Source of the DNA: an uncultured Candidatus Saccharibacteria bacterium
GTDB lineage: Bacteria; Patescibacteriota; Doudnabacteria; UBA920
DNA: 55,601 nt
Reading direction: 5' to 3'
Assembly (NCBI GenBank): GCA_964477745.1
Contig: CAYZEI010000006.1
Span: 1 to 55,601 of the forward strand
Shown: positions 51,946 through 55,601 of the stretch, one piece after another
Layout: every line of letters begins with the position of its first letter
Numbering within the stretch: the stretch's first letter is position 1
The notes under the pieces: model-generated
What the model saw: only the letters and a program-made list of their open reading frames with translations
What the model was told of the DNA's origin: nothing
Database searches by the model: none
Position numbers and translations under genes: made by a program

Positions 51946-52708
51946 AACTCCAAAACTTCGGCCTCCTCAAATAAATATTTTTGACGTGCTTGATAAACAC
52001 TTGCCCAAACTGAAAAATGGGGATGTGTTATTTATTGCCTCCAAAATTTTAGGTCTACACCAAGGGCGAACAAAAAAAATAGGTGACGGAAAAAATAAAC
52101 ACCAACTAATATTGCAGGAAGCGGATTACTGTATGCCCAAGCATACTGTGGCCGGTACTGACATTGTCCTGACCATAAAAGACCATACATTAATCCCCTC
52201 TGCCGGCATAGATGAAAGCAACGGCGAGGGCTACTATATTTACTGGCCTAAAAATACCAATCTGCTAGCCAAACAAATTACCAACTATTTAAAAAAGAAA
52301 TTTAAATTAAAAAAACTGGCTGTCATAGTTACCGATAGCCACACCACCCCGCTAAGATGGGGTACGCTCGGTATTAGCATTGGATTTTGGGGACTTGAAC
52401 CCAACTTTGATTACCGCGGAAAAAAAGACATTTTTTCACGGAAATTAAAATATACTCAAAGCAATATTGTAGACGCGCTTTCCGCTATGGCAGTTTTACT
52501 TATGGGCGAAGGCAACGAACAAACTCCTATGGTTATTGGGCGAGATATAAAATTTATTAAATTTACCGCTAAAAATACTTACAATAAATTTATTATTGAC
52601 CCGGAAAAAGATTTATACTTTCCAATTTTAAAACAATTCTCCGCCAGAGGCGGATCCGCCTCTGGCGGAAAAAAAGTTAAAAAATTATCACAAATGAGAA
52701 GTTTATAA
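51926..52708 (+). CDS. CofE-like (F420-0:gamma-glutamyl ligase family) protein
   Basis: 'IPSAGIDESNG', 'AVIVTDSHTTPLRWGTLGISIGFWGL' and 'DALSAMAVLLMGEGNEQTPMVI' are present. TTG start overlapping yhhQ. Confidence 0.8.
   Translation: MQFLKVKTPKLRPPQINIFDVLDKHLPKLKNGDVLFIASKILGLHQGRTKKIGDGKNKHQLILQEADYCMPKHTVAGTDIVLTIKDHTLIPSAGIDESNGEGYYIYWPKNTNLLAKQITNYLKKKFKLKKLAVIVTDSHTTPLRWGTLGISIGFWGLEPNFDYRGKKDIFSRKLKYTQSNIVDALSAMAVLLMGEGNEQTPMVIGRDIKFIKFTAKNTYNKFIIDPEKDLYFPILKQFSARGGSASGGKKVKKLSQMRSL
52640..52669. repeat. 30-nt perfect GC-rich palindrome inside the CofE-like CDS
   Basis: 'tccgccagaggcggatccgcctctggcgga' is identical to 10692-10721. Here it is translated as 'SARGGSASGG'. Confidence 0.95.
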
Positions 52709-52836
52709 AGGTTGTTCTGTTCTTATTCAATCATTTAAATCCTGCTCAATCATGTCAATTAAATTGGATATCCACTGCTCATATTTTTTAGGGATATCGC
52801 CACCTCGCACCAAAACGGTACAAAGTGGCGTTTTTT

Positions 52837-52864
52837 TTGGCATTTTTTCATTACAGTGTATAAT
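52837..52864 (+). promoter_or_regulatory. sigma70-type promoter giving a leaderless or near-leaderless mRNA
   Basis: TTGGCA - 16 nt - TATAAT. The -10 ends 6 nt before the ATG at 52871. Confidence 0.55.
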
Positions 52865-52870
52865 TATTTT

Positions 52871-53083
52871 ATGAAAAAAATATTTATTAAAATATTAGGG
52901 GCGTGGGTATTACTTTCCTCTGCGGTAATTACTGTACTTGTATGGCAACACCCAATTGAGCGCGCCACTATATTTATGGCTTGGGGATTAATTTTGCTTT
53001 GGGTGGTATTTGGCGGAAGGTTAATGTATAACCATCGCGAAGCAGTAAAACAATTTGTCCAAAAAATCCCGCTAAAATGGTAA
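52871..53083 (+). CDS. membrane protein fragment / small membrane protein
   Basis: 70 aa with two TM helices. It ends at a TAA that is in frame with the next ORF. Confidence 0.5.
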   Translation: MKKIFIKILGAWVLLSSAVITVLVWQHPIERATIFMAWGLILLWVVFGGRLMYNHREAVKQFVQKIPLKW

Positions 53084-53092
53084 GTTAAATTT

Positions 53093-53572
53093 GTGCTGTT
53101 TGCCACTTTCCTTATATTGATAGAAGAAGCCATAACCACAACAATGACTAATTTAGCCCCAGTCTTTGGAGCGCCCCTTGGCTCCGCCTACATTACCGCG
53201 TCAGCAAACTATTTAGACGTAATATTTTTTCACAGCGTAATAGTTATAGCGCCAATGTTTGTGGCTTGGGCGGTAATTTTACATTTTTATAAATTCAGTC
53301 CGTTTGCGGTATTTTTATTATTCGGTATAACCGGGACTATTGCCGAAGGAATGTTTAGCGGTTCCTGGGGAAGTTTTGGGATGTGGATTTTTGTTTACGG
53401 GCTTATGGTTTATTTGCCGGCCTACTGTGTTCCCGAAGAGCGCAATGCCAAAACACCTAGCTGGTGGCTTTACCCGCCGGTATTAATTTTTCCGTTTTTG
53501 TTTATTCCCCTAACCGGTTGGCTCCCCCACATTTTTGACCCCAACCACCCAAAAATAGATTTTGTAAAATAA
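53093..53572 (+). CDS. integral membrane protein (same frame as the preceding ORF)
   Basis: 159-aa ORF with 4-5 TM helices and a GTG start 9 nt after the in-frame TAA. Confidence 0.6.
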   Translation: MLFATFLILIEEAITTTMTNLAPVFGAPLGSAYITASANYLDVIFFHSVIVIAPMFVAWAVILHFYKFSPFAVFLLFGITGTIAEGMFSGSWGSFGMWIFVYGLMVYLPAYCVPEERNAKTPSWWLYPPVLIFPFLFIPLTGWLPHIFDPNHPKIDFVK

Positions 53573-53587
53573 TCTTTTTAAAAATTT

Positions 53588-53623
53588 AAACCACTCTAAT
53601 ACGTCGACGTATTAGAGTGGTTT
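53588..53623 (+). terminator. 36-nt perfect palindrome terminator
   Basis: 'aaaccactctaatacgtcgacgtattagagtggttt'. Confidence 0.8.
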
Positions 53624-53630
53624 TGGTTTC

Positions 53631-53659
53631 TTGCTATTTCCCAAATATTTTGCTATATT
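53631..53659 (+). promoter_or_regulatory. extended -10 sigma70 promoter of the 247-aa cassette
   Basis: TTGCTA - 17 nt - (TGc)TATATT. Confidence 0.6.
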
Positions 53660-53720
53660 TGGCCAGATAAAGAACAGCCTGGTGCTGTTTTTAATCTAAG
53701 AAGTGGTTAGGAGGTGAGCC

Positions 53721-54464
53721 ATGGCCAACGGTCTTTTGGCCGAAACGAGAACGATCTCCCTGGAGGTCGGCTCAAGAATTCTGGTGATTGGAGTTAACCA
53801 GACATGCGTCCCGCATAAATTCCACGCGCCCGGCGAACACCGGTGCGTCTGGGCAGATGTCGGAACAGCCAGGACTTTCCGGGAGTTGCCCGGGAGAAAC
53901 TTCAGTGCCGTTGTAATAAACGGCAAAATTAGCAATAGCATCGTCGATGAGATGATTGCCCTGGCAGATCAGGCAAAGGTTCAGACAATCCTCATCGTGG
54001 AAAACGGTGGGAGCATACAACGACTGATGGAGGACTTCCCTCTTGAAAATAAGGGAGTGATTACGATCGAAGTCAGTGGGGTTATTAAGGAAGTCGAGAC
54101 TTCGGCATCCCAAACCCCCAACCGGCAAACGCAAAACATCGCTCCGCCCGCGAAAATCCCTGAGACGCCACCGCCTGCTGTTGCCCAAGCGCCGGACAAA
54201 CCAGCGAAGTCTGCGGAACCCCAATGTGCCAATATTGGCATTGCGGAGATGTTCCTGGCGGCGGTCAATGCGTCCATCGATTCTCAGACCAAAGCAGCGA
54301 CTTTGGCCATGGGCGTTGTGGAAGAAAACAAACGGCTGCAAGCGCAGGTGGTTGACCAGGCGGAACGCATCATTCGCCTGGAACAAAAAATCGCTGGGCT
54401 GGAAAAACAAAACACCGACCTGCGCGAAAAAATAAGCGCAGCCAAAGCCCTGTTTCAGGGCTAA
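53721..54464 (+). CDS. hypothetical protein (GC-rich cassette): globular N-domain, Pro-rich linker, C-terminal coiled coil
   Basis: 247-aa ORF with the SD 'taggaggtgagcc' before the ATG. The fully antisense 235-aa ORF is Arg-rich junk. Confidence 0.7.
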   Translation: MANGLLAETRTISLEVGSRILVIGVNQTCVPHKFHAPGEHRCVWADVGTARTFRELPGRNFSAVVINGKISNSIVDEMIALADQAKVQTILIVENGGSIQRLMEDFPLENKGVITIEVSGVIKEVETSASQTPNRQTQNIAPPAKIPETPPPAVAQAPDKPAKSAEPQCANIGIAEMFLAAVNASIDSQTKAATLAMGVVEENKRLQAQVVDQAERIIRLEQKIAGLEKQNTDLREKISAAKALFQG

Positions 54465-54488
54465 GGAGGAAAAGAACACGAATCAAAC

Positions 54489-54528
54489 AGCGCGGGACCT
54501 TTATAGGACCCGCGCTACTTTTATTTAT
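54489..54528 (+). terminator. rho-independent terminator
   Basis: The stem agcgcggg.cc/gg.cccgcgct is followed by 'acttttatttat'. Confidence 0.8.
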
Positions 54529-54782
54529 ATACCACCAACGCAATTTTTCTACTTAAAGCAGTCTTCCTAATATTTATTGTTAAAGCAATTCGCAAATAGT
54601 CTACTTTAACCAGGCACGATCTTATCCTTTAAATTAAGCCCTTTTTATAAGTATAAACGGGCTTGCCAAGAACAAGATTATGTGCCATACTTACTGATGT
54701 AAAAGGTATGTGGCTAGAAAATAGTCGAATTTTAAAAACATACTTCACTTTTACAAATTTACTCACTAAATTTACTAAAACC

Positions 54783-54980
54783 ATGACCGGCGTAATAAAA
54801 AAACTTACCGACAAGGGCTTTGGCTTCATCACTGTTGAAGGCCAGGAAAAAGATTTATTTTTCCATAGCAAAGCTTTGGTTGGCGTATTGTTTGACGAAC
54901 TGCATGAAGGTGACACTGTCACTTTTGAAACAGAAGATTCCCCAAAAGGAATGAATGCTGTCAACGTACAAAGAGCTTAA
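54783..54980 (+). CDS. cspA: cold-shock domain protein
   Basis: 'GVIKKLTDKGFGFITVEGQEKDLFFHSKAL' carries RNP1 (KGFGFI) and an RNP2-like (LFFH) motif. 65 aa from the internal ATG. Confidence 0.9.
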   Translation: MTGVIKKLTDKGFGFITVEGQEKDLFFHSKALVGVLFDELHEGDTVTFETEDSPKGMNAVNVQRA

Positions 54981-54996
54981 TTTTCTTAAGCAATTT

Positions 54997-55037
54997 AAAT
55001 ACCCTTGCCCTTAACCGGGCAGGGGTATTTTTTTGTT
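54997..55037 (+). terminator. rho-independent terminator of csp
   Basis: A 14-bp stem (aaatacccttgccc / gggcaggggtattt) is followed by 'ttttgttt'. Confidence 0.85.
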
Positions 55038-55053
55038 TAATTGATATTGGACT

Positions 55054-55095
55054 TTCATCGCATTTTACGTGCATATGCACGTAAAATGCGATGAA
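55054..55095. repeat. 42-nt perfect palindrome
   Basis: 'ttcatcgcattttacgtgcatatgcacgtaaaatgcgatgaa'. Confidence 0.9.
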
Positions 55096-55107
55096 CAATT
55101 TAAGCCA

Positions 55108-55139
55108 AAAAATTCTCCCGATACATTGGGAGAATTTTT
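55108..55139. terminator. bidirectional hairpin
   Basis: A 12-bp stem, aaaaattctccc/gggagaattttt. Confidence 0.6.
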
Positions 55140-55341
55140 ATTTTACTTATTAATTAACCCGATTTCAAAATTTCACGAACCCATTTTATCACCCAAACCA
55201 GTACTATATATACTCGTTGCCTGAATCATTAACCCCTTTATTATTATCCCCTTTCTTTAAGGAATGATAAATTCGGCACCGAGTAAAAAGGTCGTAAACT
55301 AACTTGTTGAAAATTAACATTAAAAGGAAAACCAACGAATT

Positions 55342-55601
55342 ATGATTTCTAAAAAAACAGCCGTACTATTTAGTATAATCGGTTTGGCCGCCGGCACTGC
55401 CGGCACAATTGCTCTCCAAACCCAAGCAAGTACTACTACCGACAGTACATCCGGTTTGCGTGGCCGGATGATGCAAGGAGTAAGGCCGACAGCCGGGGGT
55501 GAAGTTACTGCCATAAGCGGTAACACTATAACTATTAAAGACCGAAGAACCGGCACTGTGTATGCGGTAGACGCTTCATCGGCAACTTTAGAAAAGTTTG
55601 C
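55342..55601 (+). CDS. secreted protein, 3'-truncated by the window end
   Basis: This ORF is not in the supplied track, which appears to list only ORFs closed by a stop inside the window. The ATG at 55342 gives the signal peptide 'MISKKTAVLFSIIGLAAGTAGTIALQTQA' followed by 'VTAISGNTITIKDRRTGTVYAVDASSA'. It is more protein-like than the antisense ORF 55320-55556. Confidence 0.6.
   Translation, partial: MISKKTAVLFSIIGLAAGTAGTIALQTQASTTTDSTSGLRGRMMQGVRPTAGGEVTAISGNTITIKDRRTGTVYAVDASSATLEKF

Noticed and set aside
53772-54479. A 235-aa ORF fully antisense to the 247-aa cassette gene, plus 53981-54277 and 54076-54435.
   Set aside because: The sequence is Arg-rich and low-complexity, with no SD or promoter. 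The plus-strand gene has a promoter, an AGGAGG SD and a terminator in the right places.
6996-55095. Restriction-enzyme sites (EcoRI, BamHI, NotI, SalI, NdeI, EcoRV, EagI) at the centres of the palindromes, considered as a sign of engineered DNA.
   Set aside because: Any perfect palindrome necessarily has a palindromic hexamer at its centre, and most such hexamers are known restriction sites. This is not evidence of engineering.
55320-55556. The 78-aa minus-strand ORF from the track.
   Set aside because: It is antisense to a more convincing plus-strand ORF that has a canonical signal peptide and runs off the window end.
1-55601. A diversity-generating retroelement, retron, group II intron, or alternative genetic code.
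   Set aside because: No reverse-transcriptase ORF is present, and I did not spot any template/variable repeat pair. Long ORFs are intact under the standard code with TGA, TAA and TAG all used as stops.

Overview
The backbone is AT-rich (by eye under 40% GC), compact and mostly lacks Shine-Dalgarno (SD) sequences. It looks like a small-genome bacterium of the CPR/Patescibacteria type; that lineage call is inference from gene content and style, not a database hit. Recognisable housekeeping genes are rsmA/ksgA, uvrD/pcrA, recO, ileS, argS, smpB, a cold-shock protein, a YhhQ-type queuosine-precursor transporter, a CofE-like ligase, a histidine phosphatase, a DUF192 lipoprotein, a LysM-CHAP hydrolase and a four-helix-bundle (23S IVS-type) protein. 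The left 10 kb is a minus-strand cluster of secreted and polytopic envelope proteins of unknown function. From about 29.0 to 51.2 kb lies a heterogeneous accessory island. It holds a large serine recombinase with unusually long structured non-coding flanks. It holds a minus-strand operon of membrane and large helical proteins with no assignable function. It also holds two adjacent, divergently transcribed candidate defence modules: (i) a translationally coupled four-gene operon with a GHKL/MORC-like ATPase and an HTH-Zn-ribbon-HNH nuclease, and (ii) a pol-beta (SMODS/CD-NTase-like) nucleotidyltransferase followed by a PD-(D/E)xK nuclease. Several GC-rich cassettes (about 29.0-31.2, 45.7-51.2 and 53.6-54.5 kb) are interleaved with the AT-rich DNA. 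Their genes have strong AGGAGG-type SD sequences, near-consensus sigma70 promoters and strong hairpin terminators, which contrasts sharply with the backbone. One cassette encodes a secreted GH17 beta-1,3-glucanase flanked by a ~50-bp direct repeat, and another a protein with an RNA polymerase alpha-CTD-like domain. The window is rich in small repeat families. These include a 30-32-bp GC-rich palindrome inserted in frame in two different CDSs and a 68-bp TACGAA-word palindrome filling two intercistronic gaps. There are also 38-42-bp palindromes bracketing a PaaX-like gene, word-like inverted repeats bracketing single genes, heptamer tandem repeats and a MITE-like 162-bp element. I found no rRNA, tRNA, tmRNA or CRISPR array. 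All product calls come from motifs read by eye in the translations; no searches were run.
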